Under the pieces are notes generated by a model. The model worked only from the letters and a program-made list of their open reading frames with translations. It was not told the DNA's origin and ran no database searches. A stretch of 61,644 nt of DNA, filler included. It is 6 parts of 6 records of this genome, joined end to end, with 100 filler letters (N's around TTAATTAATTAA, not from the genome) between each part and the next. Parts side by side here need not be neighbours in the genome. Positions count along the whole stretch, not along the records: positions 24,831 to 32,045 come from SRR31156797_21942; positions 32,146 to 38,810 come from SRR31156797_21945; 4 more parts are not named here. The stretch is one strand, 5' to 3'. A program made the translations under genes and the position numbers. This document shows, one piece after another, positions 29,516 to 38,910 of the stretch. Within the stretch, counting starts at the first letter, position 1. Every line of letters starts with the position of its first letter.

Positions 29516-29718
29516 TAATTTTTTCCTTGTGTGTTGCATTTATTAGTAGAATAAAGTTTGATGGGTTTTAATTGCGAAACATGAAGTTTTTTCATAATCT
29601 TTGGTATATCAATATTTATTAGGTAGTTTAAACTATTAAGAAGTGAGTTTATTTTTACGCTTGTAGTGGCATTTAATATACCAAAAAATGAGAAGTATTT
29701 TTTAAAACTTTTAACCAT
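29515..29718 (-). CDS. Small basic leader ORF (67 aa) coupled to the TonB receptor
   Basis: AAGGAGGT RBS upstream; its TAA overlaps the receptor ATG. Confidence 0.55.
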   Translation of the reverse strand: MVKSFKKYFSFFGILNATTSVKINSLLNSLNYLINIDIPKIMKKLHVSQLKPIKLYSTNKCNTQGKN

Positions 29719-29789
29719 ACTTTATTACCTCCTTATAAATTTTGTGGAATTCTATGTAATAAACATAAAGGTAATCTAGTTGTAACAAA

Positions 29790-30500
29790 CTAATTAGAAG
29801 GTGTAAGTATAGTTTTAGTTTCACCATTCATGAAGTTATAACCATTGTAAATAGTATAAACTCCAAATAAAATTACTAAGATAGAAGCTAAAGTAATAAA
29901 TAAATTTCTTAGAGCAACTTGTTTAAAAATCCCAACAAAAAAACCTAAAGAGAACATCGCAGGAAGAGTACTAAGACCAAATATAAGCATAACAAAAGCA
30001 CCCCAAATAGCACTTGCTGTACTTGCTGCTGTTATTGCAAAAACATAAACAAAACCACAAGGAAGTAGACCGTTTAACATTCCAAGAAAATAGAAGCTAA
30101 ACAAAGAATCAGAACTCAAAAGTTTTCTAAAACTTTTTTGATAAAGTTCAGATTTCGATACAGAGTGTTCAATTGAAGTTAGAAATTTAAGTTTTCCACT
30201 TAGAGAAAGCCCTACTAAAACCATTAAAATTCCAGTTACAATAAGAAGTATTCCATTAGTTGTATTATCAAAAGTCACAACAGAACCAACAAAACCAAAA
30301 ATAGCACCTAATATCACATAAGTAGTAATTCTTCCAAATGAGTAAAGAACATGAGAACTTGCCTGTTTAGTTTTAGTCCAAGTACTATTTACTTTTGTAC
30401 TTGAGTAAGCAACTACAATTCCTCCACACATACCTATACAGTGTCCAAAGGAACCTAAAAATGCTATTGTAATAATTGTTAGAATACTAATACTTTCCAT
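29790..30500 (-). CDS. DsbD_2/UreH-like (often annotated TauE/SafE) membrane protein
   Basis: GSFGHCIGMCGG, GRITTY, LNGLLPCGFVY; start MESISIL. Confidence 0.88.
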   Translation of the reverse strand: MESISILTIITIAFLGSFGHCIGMCGGIVVAYSSTKVNSTWTKTKQASSHVLYSFGRITTYVILGAIFGFVGSVVTFDNTTNGILLIVTGILMVLVGLSLSGKLKFLTSIEHSVSKSELYQKSFRKLLSSDSLFSFYFLGMLNGLLPCGFVYVFAITAASTASAIWGAFVMLIFGLSTLPAMFSLGFFVGIFKQVALRNLFITLASILVILFGVYTIYNGYNFMNGETKTILTPSN

Positions 30501-30552
30501 TATTTCCCTAAAAAATTTTGATAATGATATATCAATTTGTATTAAAATCAAG

Positions 30553-30584
30553 AAAAAAAAAGCCCCACTTAAAAAAGTGAGGCT
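30553..30584 (-). terminator. Orphan Rho-independent terminator on the minus strand
   Basis: AGCCTCACTT-TTTT-AAGTGGGGCT-T8; the single imperfect pair is G-U only on the minus strand. Confidence 0.8.
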
Positions 30585-30670
30585 ATATTCAATTATATTC
30601 AGTTGTAATGATGACGAAAATTAAAATTATTTAGTAGTAGGAGGTTTTTAATTTTCTTATGGTGTAAGTT
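30553..30670 (-). ncRNA. Candidate small RNA with anti-Shine-Dalgarno loop (5' end approximate)
   Basis: 11-bp stem GAAAATTAAAA/TTTTAATTTTC (30656-30616) closing loop ACCTCCTACTACTAAATAA, followed by the terminator; lies between divergent genes. Confidence 0.55.
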
Positions 30671-30758
30671 TAATATAAAAATGTTAATTGTGTGTTAATT
30701 ATCTTAATTAATTAATTTTTTTATACTATAATTTCAATTCTAATAGCAAGGAGATTTT

Positions 30759-31379
30759 ATGAAAACTGTATTTAATTCCCTATTTATCGTCATTTTGTCA
30801 CTATTTCTTGTAGCTTGTAGTAACAAAAAAAATGATTTAACAAATGAAAAAGAAACAAAAATTACTAAAAAAATCGAAGCTATTTACATAAGTCGTATAG
30901 AAAATGACAATTTAAACTTAAAAGAGCATCTTACAAAAGAGATTAGCAAACAAAACAATAAAAAGCTGACAACAAAAAAAGAAAAAACAGATGCAACTAT
31001 TAAAACTGAGATATTAAACTCAAATATGAATTTTGAATACTTTTACAAACCTACAAATACTGAAAAATGTTTAAACTATAAAATTGTGAACAACTCAAGA
31101 AAATGTATAAAATATGGAAAAGTAAAAATCCCTTGTAAGAAAAAAGAGTTTAATCTAGAAACAAAAATAGATTTAATATCAAAAAACAAAGAAGTACTTT
31201 TCTCTAAAGTTTATAAACAATCCTTTTCTAAAAATGTATGTAAAAATATAAAATACTCTTTTAACCCAACATATCATATACCTGCAAATAAAGATGAACT
31301 AATAAAAGAGTACAACACTAAATTAGCTAAAAAAATAGCAAAAGACTCAATAAATGACATTAATCTAAATATTCTTTAG
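30759..31379 (+). CDS. Lys-rich hypothetical lipoprotein
   Basis: AAGGAG RBS; lipobox LVA-C. Confidence 0.8.
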   Translation: MKTVFNSLFIVILSLFLVACSNKKNDLTNEKETKITKKIEAIYISRIENDNLNLKEHLTKEISKQNNKKLTTKKEKTDATIKTEILNSNMNFEYFYKPTNTEKCLNYKIVNNSRKCIKYGKVKIPCKKKEFNLETKIDLISKNKEVLFSKVYKQSFSKNVCKNIKYSFNPTYHIPANKDELIKEYNTKLAKKIAKDSINDINLNIL

Positions 31380-31533
31380 TAAACAATTAACTTAAAACAA
31401 TTTCACAACTTTTACGAAACAAAGTAAGTAGTTGTGGTTTCTTGGTACTTTCATAAATCATTCTAATAGAAATGTAACCTACTTTTAGCTAAACTATTTG
31501 CCTTTTAATAATAATCAAAATGTAGGTAATCAA

Positions 31534-31944
31534 ATGAAAGTAGTAACAGGTGTAGTTGGAAACGACATCCACGTTGTAGCAAACAGACTTATAGAACTTT
31601 CACTGCAAGCTAGAGGCTTTGAAGTATTTAACTTAGGTGTAAATACATACTTAGAAGAGTTTGTTGATGCAGTGGTAGAAACTAACGCAGATATTCTTCT
31701 AATCTCTTCATTAAATGGAGAAGCTGAAGGTTGGTGTAGAGAAGTTAAAATCTTAAAAGCAAAGTATGGAAATCTTCTTGATAATGTAGTATTTATGATT
31801 GGTGGGAACCTAGTTGTAGGAACTGGGGATGCTTCTGATATTGTTCCTAGGTTTAAAAACTATGGATTTGACTTAGTATTTCACCAAGTTGATTTAAATA
31901 CAGGATTAGATGAGTTAGAAAAATTCATGAAGGAAAGAAATTAA
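31534..31944 (+). CDS. glmS: Methylaspartate/glutamate mutase S (cobalamin-binding) subunit
   Basis: GVVGNDIHVVA (DxH), FEVFNLGV, ISSLNG, IGGNLVVG. Confidence 0.88.
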   Translation: MKVVTGVVGNDIHVVANRLIELSLQARGFEVFNLGVNTYLEEFVDAVVETNADILLISSLNGEAEGWCREVKILKAKYGNLLDNVVFMIGGNLVVGTGDASDIVPRFKNYGFDLVFHQVDLNTGLDELEKFMKERN

Positions 31945-32045
31945 TGAGTTTACTACAAGAAGAAAGAAATATCATATTAAACAACGAATACGTTGATAAC
32001 TTTGATTTTGCAGAAGTTGAAGATTTTGTAAAAAATGCTTCAAAA
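31944..32045 (+). CDS. N-terminus of the next gene, probably mutase E subunit (truncated by contig end)
   Basis: TAATG overlap with glmS; MSLLQEERNIILNNEYVDNFDFAEVEDFVKN; identity inferred from context. Confidence 0.55.
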
Positions 32046-32145
32046 NNNNNNNNNNNNNNNNNNNNNNNNNNNNNNNNNNNNNNNNNNNNTTAATTAATTA
32101 ANNNNNNNNNNNNNNNNNNNNNNNNNNNNNNNNNNNNNNNNNNNN
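32046..32145. other. Artificial contig linker
   Basis: 44 N + TTAATTAATTAA + 44 N. Confidence 0.99.
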
Positions 32146-32250
32146 AATGGCAAAGACTTCCCCTTTTTGATTGCGGCAATACGGCATAGGCGCTATATTA
32201 TTCGGCTGAAAATACTTCTTGTCCATATATTGTTTCTTTCAGGGGGGGCC

Positions 32251-32700
32251 ATGAAATTTTCCAATTTTTTAGCGGCTGTCGTGTTGGTTGCTTTGTGCTT
32301 ATGCCTTGGGGGCTGTAAAACACTTCAACTACCCACGGGCAAAGGGTATACGGATCTTTGCCAAACCTATGTGGGGCATGACAGCAGTACATTGGTGGAG
32401 TCCTGGGGGGGGCCCGGAAGGACATTTAACGCGCCGAATGATCAAAAGGTGTTTGTGTACGTGGAAACAAAAAGTGAGTATACCATGAACCCCCTGGCCC
32501 ATTCCGCCTTGATCGAGTACCCTCCCAATGTTGACGGGAGAAAATCCGGTCCCGGGGAAGTAACCCCCACCGTCGTGGGCCAATCTGTTCCCGCCATGGA
32601 CTATTGCATCACTTATTTCGAGGTGAACAAAAAAAACCGGGTGCGGAAAGTCATTTGGAAGGGAGACTGTAAATCATTGGAGAAAACGGAAGCCGAATAG
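32251..32700 (+). CDS. Hypothetical lipoprotein
   Basis: G-rich RBS; lipobox LGG-C; WGGP motif; start MKFSNF. Confidence 0.75.
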   Translation: MKFSNFLAAVVLVALCLCLGGCKTLQLPTGKGYTDLCQTYVGHDSSTLVESWGGPGRTFNAPNDQKVFVYVETKSEYTMNPLAHSALIEYPPNVDGRKSGPGEVTPTVVGQSVPAMDYCITYFEVNKKNRVRKVIWKGDCKSLEKTEAE

Positions 32701-32713
32701 GACGGGGGGTTCA

Positions 32714-33850
32714 ATGGCTGCAGAGGTTTGGGTAACCGATGCCACATCGGTAACGGCCCTTGGTGGGAACCTCGAAGAACTGTGGCAGCGGCTTTTAAGG
32801 GGCCGTTCCGCCATTGCACCGGTTGTGCGGTTTCCGGTGAAAGGCTACAAGAGCCGTTTTGCCGCCTGCATTGAAGACCTTGGCTGTTCAGGGGAACTTT
32901 CAGCGATTCACGATCTTCTCGCCCGCCTGTTCAAGGAAATGGGGCCGGTACCCACGGATGCCCGTCTTTACACCGCCACCACCAAGGCTGGTATTGATAA
33001 CCTGGAGCGCATCCGTCGGGGCGAGCCTGCTGATGCTTCCGATATCCTTTTAACCGCCATGGCAAACCAGGTCAGTTGTCAGCTGAAGTTGGCCCACGGG
33101 GGAACCAACATTTCAGCGGCCTGTGCCTCTTCCGCCATTGCAGTGGCCAAAGGGGCCGCGTTGATTGCCGCCGGGCGCACGGAATGCGTGCTGATCTGCT
33201 GTATGGATCTGGTCACGGAGTTTGTTTTTTCCGGTTTTTCGGCCCTTGGCGCCCTGTCCCCGAAGCCGTGTATGCCCTTTGACCGCGACCGAAGCGGCCT
33301 GACCCTGGGCGAAGGGGCCGCTTCCCTGTTGCTCATGACAGCCGACCGCGCAAGAAAGGAAGGGCGGCCCCACCTGGGAACGGTCTTGGGGTGGGGAGTG
33401 GCCAATGACGCCTTTCATGTGACCGCGCCCGCCCCGGATGGATGCGGGTTGTTGGCTGCCATGGGGCAGGCATTGAAACGGGCGTGTTTAAAACCGGAGG
33501 CCGTTTCAGCGGTCTGCGCCCATGGCACGGGAACGGTTTACAACGACCAAATGGAGTTAACCGCTTTCGACCGACTTTTTGGAGACCGAAAGCTGCCTGT
33601 TTATGCCGTCAAAGGGGCTATCGGGCATACCATGGGAGCGGCCGGTGGTATTGAAGTGGCCTTGGGTCTGAAAAGCCTTTCCCAAGGGATTGTTCCGCCC
33701 ACGGTGGGATTTTCAAAAGGGGAAGAGAGCACCATAGAGAGGGTCTCTTCCCGGGTCGAAACCATTCCCGGAAATTATCTCTTGTCCACCAATTCCGGTT
33801 TCGGGGGGATCAATGCCGCCCTGATTCTGGCAAAAGGCCGGGGGGTATAG
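32714..33850 (+). CDS. Beta-ketoacyl-ACP synthase (FabF-like KS alpha)
   Basis: SAACASS active Cys, PFDRDRSGLTLGEGA, HGTGT, KGAIGHT, NSGFGG. Confidence 0.93.
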   Translation: MAAEVWVTDATSVTALGGNLEELWQRLLRGRSAIAPVVRFPVKGYKSRFAACIEDLGCSGELSAIHDLLARLFKEMGPVPTDARLYTATTKAGIDNLERIRRGEPADASDILLTAMANQVSCQLKLAHGGTNISAACASSAIAVAKGAALIAAGRTECVLICCMDLVTEFVFSGFSALGALSPKPCMPFDRDRSGLTLGEGAASLLLMTADRARKEGRPHLGTVLGWGVANDAFHVTAPAPDGCGLLAAMGQALKRACLKPEAVSAVCAHGTGTVYNDQMELTAFDRLFGDRKLPVYAVKGAIGHTMGAAGGIEVALGLKSLSQGIVPPTVGFSKGEESTIERVSSRVETIPGNYLLSTNSGFGGINAALILAKGRGV

Positions 33851-34573
33851 ATGCCGTTTGTTACGGGGGTCGGTTGGATTTCAGCACAAAGCATGGGGCA
33901 GGGTCGAAAAAAAAATCCCTTTCAAATGGATTCGGGTGAATTTCCGTCCATTTCCCGCAAAACCGTTTTCACATCCCCCTATCCCCGCTTCAGCCGGATG
34001 GATGAATTTTCCAGACTGGGCGTCTCCGCCATCGGATTGGCACTTCAAGACGCGGACCTGGATGGAAAAATTTCTAAAGGGAAGGTGGGCATTGTCGTCA
34101 CCACCGTCTACGGGTGCCTTCATACGGACCTGGATTACTTTGAAACCGTTACGCCGGAAAACGGTTCCTTTGCCAGTCCGGCACTCTTCTCATACACCCT
34201 GCCCAATTGCTTCTTAGGGGAGGCGGCCGCCCGTTTCGGGCTTACGGGCCCCGGTTATGTGGTCAGCCGACAGGTCGATTCCGACCTTTCAAGTATCCGG
34301 GCCGTTTTGGAGGATATGGATTGCGGAGATTTGGAGAACGCACTGGCCGGAATCTGCGATCTGGGATGCCCGCCGGACTTTCCCATTGATGTCAATAAGG
34401 CGCCGGGAGCAGCATTTTTGGTGGTTGAAAAAAATCCTGACCTTGGGAAAAAACCGTATGGATCACTTCATCTGAACCAGGCGCAAGAGATTTTTTTTAA
34501 TGAAAAAAAGGTATCGGGTTTTAAGGCGTTAATACGGGCTTGCGCAAATCGGATTCCGGGAATGGTTCCATGA
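33851..34573 (+). CDS. Ketosynthase N-terminal-only protein (chain-length-factor-like)
   Basis: RFSRMDEFSRLG, SPALFSYTLPN, FGLTGP; no catalytic Cys/His motifs; abuts KS. Confidence 0.8.
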   Translation: MPFVTGVGWISAQSMGQGRKKNPFQMDSGEFPSISRKTVFTSPYPRFSRMDEFSRLGVSAIGLALQDADLDGKISKGKVGIVVTTVYGCLHTDLDYFETVTPENGSFASPALFSYTLPNCFLGEAAARFGLTGPGYVVSRQVDSDLSSIRAVLEDMDCGDLENALAGICDLGCPPDFPIDVNKAPGAAFLVVEKNPDLGKKPYGSLHLNQAQEIFFNEKKVSGFKALIRACANRIPGMVP

Positions 34574-35301
34574 TCAACACTTCAAGCCGCAATGGGATGA
34601 AGGTTATCATCGTTATCCCCGTTTATAACCATGGCGCAACACTGCGGGGGGTGGTTGAAAAAGTATGCCGGTTGCATGATGCGGTCATGGTTGTGGATGA
34701 CGGCAGCACGGACGGCGGATGCGAAACCATCCTTGATCTCCATGTTCACAGGGTTCGTCATTCTCATAATCGTGGCAAAGGCACGGCCATTTTATCCGCG
34801 GTCAGGGAAGCCGAAAAACTGGGGATGACCCATATGGTGACCCTGGATGCGGACGGACAGCACGATCCCAACGATTTGCACCTTTTCATTTCAGCCATGC
34901 ACCGCTTTCCGGGTGCCATCGTGGTGGGCAAGCGTGATTTTGAAACCGGTTATGTGCCCTCCGGATCCCGCGTTGGCCGCCGTATCTCAAACTTCTGGTT
35001 ATGGGTTCAAACGGGTCGAAACCTGGGTGATACCCAGAGCGGTTATCGCGGCTATCCCGTTAGGGTCCTGAAGGCCCTGAAACTGCGCGAACGCCGTTAC
35101 GCCTTCGAAAATGAGGTCCTGGCAAAAAGCGCCTGGGCCGGTATTGAACTTCATGAGGTGGATATTTCAACCTTTTATCCCGCCCATGAAGACCGGGTTT
35201 CCCATTTCCATCTGTTCCATGATAATGTGAGGCTCAGCCTGCTGAACGCACGGCTGACCCTGAGGGCCATGATCCCCTGGCCTCACCGAAAGCTACCTTG
35301 A
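34570..35301 (+). CDS. Glycosyltransferase family 2
   Basis: IPVYN, VVDDGSTD, NRGKG, TLDADGQH, DTQSGYR; ATGA overlap. Confidence 0.93.
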   Translation: MINTSSRNGMKVIIVIPVYNHGATLRGVVEKVCRLHDAVMVVDDGSTDGGCETILDLHVHRVRHSHNRGKGTAILSAVREAEKLGMTHMVTLDADGQHDPNDLHLFISAMHRFPGAIVVGKRDFETGYVPSGSRVGRRISNFWLWVQTGRNLGDTQSGYRGYPVRVLKALKLRERRYAFENEVLAKSAWAGIELHEVDISTFYPAHEDRVSHFHLFHDNVRLSLLNARLTLRAMIPWPHRKLP

Positions 35302-35349
35302 TATGGGTTTTGACGGACCGATCCGTCTCTCCGGTTGTATGGATTTGAA

Positions 35350-36777
35350 ATGCGAATCACCTTGGTTCATCCTACGGGATCCAATTGGGTTCCCGGAAAA
35401 AAAGATGTTACGGCCATCGCCAACCGCATGGCCCCTTTGGGACTGCTTTCCATTGCGGCATACCTGGAGCGGGAAGGGCATGAAGTCTTTCTCCTGGATT
35501 GCCTGGGACCCGGGGCCGCCAATAACAATGACGCCCATGTTCAAAGCATCCTTCAAAAGGATCCGCAAATGGTGGGCTTTTCCGCCACAACTTCCGGATT
35601 TCTGGACGGTTATGATCTCGCCGCTCGGATTAAGGCCCGTCGTCCCCACGTGAAAACGGTTTTCGGCGGTGTGCACATATCCGCTTTGGGGTCAACCCTT
35701 CTGGATCTGTTTGATTCCATTGACTATCTCTGCATGGGCGAAGGGGAAGCAACCCTTGCTGAACTGGCCTCCGGAAAAAATCCGGCCCGTGTGAACGGAC
35801 TGGTCTGGAGAGATGGAGACCGGACGGTGCTCAATCCGCCACGGTCCCAGATTCCCGACCTGGACGACCTCCCCTTTCCGTCCTATGAAAAACTAAAGGG
35901 GTTTCCGAAAGGGTACAACCTGCCCCTCTTCAGTTACATCAACACCCCCGGGGCTACCATGGTCACCAGTCGGGGATGTCCCTACCGGTGTTCATTCTGC
36001 GATCGTTCCGTTTTCAGTCGCGGATACCGCCACAATTCGGCGGCCTACATTTACGCCCATGCGGCCTATTTGAAACGCCGTTTCGGGGTTCGTCATATCA
36101 ATATTTACGATGATCTGTTCACGGCCCACCGGAACCGTATCACGGAATTTTGCAGCCTCCTGCTCTCAAAACCCCTGGACATGCAGTTTAATTGCGCCGT
36201 CCGGGTGGGGCATTGTGATGATGAACTCCTGGAGATGCTGAAATCGGCCGGTTTTCTTCAGCTTTCCCTGGGTATTGAAACGGGAGATGAAAGCCAGATG
36301 GCCGCGCACAAGCCGGGGGTACATCTTGAAGCGGTTCGTGATACGGTGCGGCGCATTCAGGCAAGGGGCCTGAGAGCCAAGGGTCTGTTCATGATGGGTC
36401 TCCCCGGTGAAACCATCGAGTCGATTGGGAAAACAACCGAGTTTGCCCTCTCCCTGGGGCTTGATGATATGAATATGAGCAAATTCACCCCGTTTCATGG
36501 GGCGCCTTTGTGGGGGTCCATCGAAGAGGAAGGCGTTTTAGACGAGGACTGGCGCAAAATGAACTGCCTGAACTTTGTTTTTATCCCTAAAAGCATCCAT
36601 TCCGGGGAAACCCTTGAACAGCTCTACAACCAGCACGTAAAACGGTTCTATACGGACCCGGCATGGCGAAGGCGGTTTCGGAGCCGCCTGTGGGAACACC
36701 GGCGGAGCCTATTCTATTTCCTGCGGCATTTACCCGGCTTCCTGAGCGCCAAGCGGAATTTTGAACCGGAAAGGTAG
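35350..36777 (+). CDS. Cobalamin-binding radical SAM enzyme (class B type)
   Basis: PLGLLSIAAYL, GGVH, GEGE B12 domain; SRGCPYRCSFC. Confidence 0.93.
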   Translation: MRITLVHPTGSNWVPGKKDVTAIANRMAPLGLLSIAAYLEREGHEVFLLDCLGPGAANNNDAHVQSILQKDPQMVGFSATTSGFLDGYDLAARIKARRPHVKTVFGGVHISALGSTLLDLFDSIDYLCMGEGEATLAELASGKNPARVNGLVWRDGDRTVLNPPRSQIPDLDDLPFPSYEKLKGFPKGYNLPLFSYINTPGATMVTSRGCPYRCSFCDRSVFSRGYRHNSAAYIYAHAAYLKRRFGVRHINIYDDLFTAHRNRITEFCSLLLSKPLDMQFNCAVRVGHCDDELLEMLKSAGFLQLSLGIETGDESQMAAHKPGVHLEAVRDTVRRIQARGLRAKGLFMMGLPGETIESIGKTTEFALSLGLDDMNMSKFTPFHGAPLWGSIEEEGVLDEDWRKMNCLNFVFIPKSIHSGETLEQLYNQHVKRFYTDPAWRRRFRSRLWEHRRSLFYFLRHLPGFLSAKRNFEPER

Positions 36778-36865
36778 AACCATAAAACGCTCCTAAAGCA
36801 TCTGACAATAAAGATAAACTTTTTATATATTGCTGCTGAAGATGCCTTCTTGCCGGAGGACGGGC

Positions 36866-37474
36866 ATGCCGAGAATTATGATAGTGGATGACAATGTGGT
36901 ATCTGTCATGGAGTTGGAGGAAGTCCTAACAGTTCATGGTTATGGCCTGGCCGGAGTGGCCTACTCAGGGGAAGAGGCGGTGGAAATCGCGGAAAAGGTC
37001 ATGCCGGATTTGATCCTGATGGATATCAAAATGCCGGGGAAACTGGACGGAATCTCCGCAGCTAAGAAAATTATTGCGCACGACGAAATTCCAGTGGTTT
37101 TTGTGACGGGTCATTATGATGAAGAGTTGCTGGAAAGGGCAGGTCAGTTAAATCCGGCCGGGTATATCCTCAAGCCATTTGTCGGAAGCCAGATCATGGC
37201 CACCGTTGAGATTGCTCTCAGATCCCTGGAAATCCCTAAAAAGGGCAATAAGGAAATACACCCAAATCTGAACATACGCGTCCCACCCCAAACAGTCCTT
37301 ACCCCCGCGGAATCACGGGTTGCCGAATTGATTAAAAAGGGCAAAAAATCAAAAGATATCGCCTTAATACTGGATTTAAGCAAGAAGACGGTGGATTGGC
37401 ATCGGACGAACATAAGACGAAAGCTTGGACTTTCTGATAAGCAAAACCTTTTCGCTTTTTTTCAAAAAACCTGA
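36866..37474 (+). CDS. Response regulator, receiver + LuxR HTH
   Basis: GGAGGA RBS; IVDD, LMDIKMP, KPF; LTPAESRVA...TVDWHRTNIRRKLG. Confidence 0.92.
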   Translation: MPRIMIVDDNVVSVMELEEVLTVHGYGLAGVAYSGEEAVEIAEKVMPDLILMDIKMPGKLDGISAAKKIIAHDEIPVVFVTGHYDEELLERAGQLNPAGYILKPFVGSQIMATVEIALRSLEIPKKGNKEIHPNLNIRVPPQTVLTPAESRVAELIKKGKKSKDIALILDLSKKTVDWHRTNIRRKLGLSDKQNLFAFFQKT

Positions 37475-37690
37475 ATATGCTCCTGTATAAATTTCCTTTC
37501 TTTCAAGATCAATACCCCGTATAAACCCGGAATTGACATGATTCCGCGAAAGTCTGATAATCGCCTGGAAAATACTTGATTCTATTAACGTTCTGATCCT
37601 TGGAAATACTGTTATGTCCCGAATGTTCCGGCGGTATGGTCTCGGGAGTATCATTTCCCAAAAACGTGGAATGCGAATCGGGAACTCGGC

Positions 37691-38810
37691 ATGAAAAGAT
37701 CCGTTATCCGATTCTCCATACTGCCCTTTCTGATCATTCCCCTAATCCTTTCAGGCTGTGTGCATCAATCTGAATCGTCCCTTTATACAAAAGACGGGAA
37801 AGTGTATGGACAGGTCCGCGGCACTTTTCGGCATAAATGGTGGAATTACTATGAACGGGGAACTTCTTTTGCCGACGGACGGTTTTTTGAAGAAGCGGCC
37901 AAAGATTTTAAGTCTGCCATCGCCAAAAGGGAAAAGGACCGGCGGATGGCCAGGACCTACGGCATGCACTTTGTGGAGTATTTTCCTCACCGGGAACTGG
38001 GCATTGTCTACTTTCAATGGGGTAATCTGAAGGCAGCGGAAAAAGAATTATCCATCTCCCTGGACCAATACCCCACGTCCAAGGCACATTTTTACCTGGA
38101 TCGGGTTCGAAAGGGGCTGGTGGAGGAGAAAGGAGCAAAGGTCGCGGCGCCCCGTCTTTCACTTGTTTCGCCAAAAGACGCGTTATGGACCCGGGAAGAC
38201 CCTGTGATAATTGCTGGAACCGCCCGTGATGAAAACTATGTGGCTTCTCTTGCCATCAATGGCGTCCCCCTTTTCATGGAAGGTTCCAAAGAGCGGATTT
38301 CCTTCAGCAAACCGATGGAATTGGATCAGGGGCGGCATGAAATTCTGGTGGAATCCGGAAACCTCATGGGCCGTGTCGCCCGGCAGAGCATTCTCATCCA
38401 TGTGGACCGGCAGGGACCTGTAATCACAATAGAGGATTTTTCCTTTTGTTCCGGTGGGTCTGGAAGCGCGCCCACACTCAGAGGCCATATATATGATGAG
38501 GCAGGCATCGCCAGCCTCATCATCAATGGAACGGTCGTTCCCATAAAGAAGGGGATCGAAGTTGATTTTTTTGAAAAACTTCCCATTGAAACCGACACCG
38601 TCGAACTGATGGCCGTTGACAGCTTGGGAAACCGTACATCCGCCCAAATTGACACCCGTATGTTGTCCATGAAGGCTAAACCGGTGATGCTAGCCTTTTC
38701 AGGGTCCAAAATAGAGGGGCTGCTGGCGGATTTTTCAAAAGACAAGGAGCCTCCCCTGATTTTCCTGGATGGCTGGTCTGACGAGCAAGACGTTTTTATG
38801 GATAGGGTAT
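37691..38810 (+). CDS. TPR lipoprotein with Ig-like beta-sandwich repeats (truncated)
   Basis: Lipobox LSG-C; TPR-like YYERG..., RELGIVYF; repeated G...D...(V/I)ASL.ING modules. Confidence 0.75.
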
Positions 38811-38910
38811 NNNNNNNNNNNNNNNNNNNNNNNNNNNNNNNNNNNNNNNNNNNNTTAATTAATTAANNNNNNNNNNNNNNNNNNNNNNNNNNNNNNNNNN
38901 NNNNNNNNNN
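38811..38910. other. Artificial contig linker
   Basis: 44 N + TTAATTAATTAA + 44 N. Confidence 0.99.

Noticed and set aside
29540..29790. Cobalamin riboswitch upstream of the TonB receptor
   Set aside because: No B12-box or conserved core could be seen; region is AT-rich and occupied by an ORF
30639..30667. Plus-strand AGGAGG followed by mini-ORF ATG GTG TAA
   Set aside because: SD-to-ATG spacing of 14 nt is too long and the ORF has two codons; the minus-strand sRNA reading fits the terminator better
27572..36777. Functional link between the B12 importer/mutase and the B12 radical SAM cluster
   Set aside because: They lie on different contigs of very different composition, separated by a linker
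32198..38745. Many short overlapping ORFs in the GC-richer contig
   Set aside because: Expected from low stop-codon frequency; all overlap well-supported genes and have no motifs
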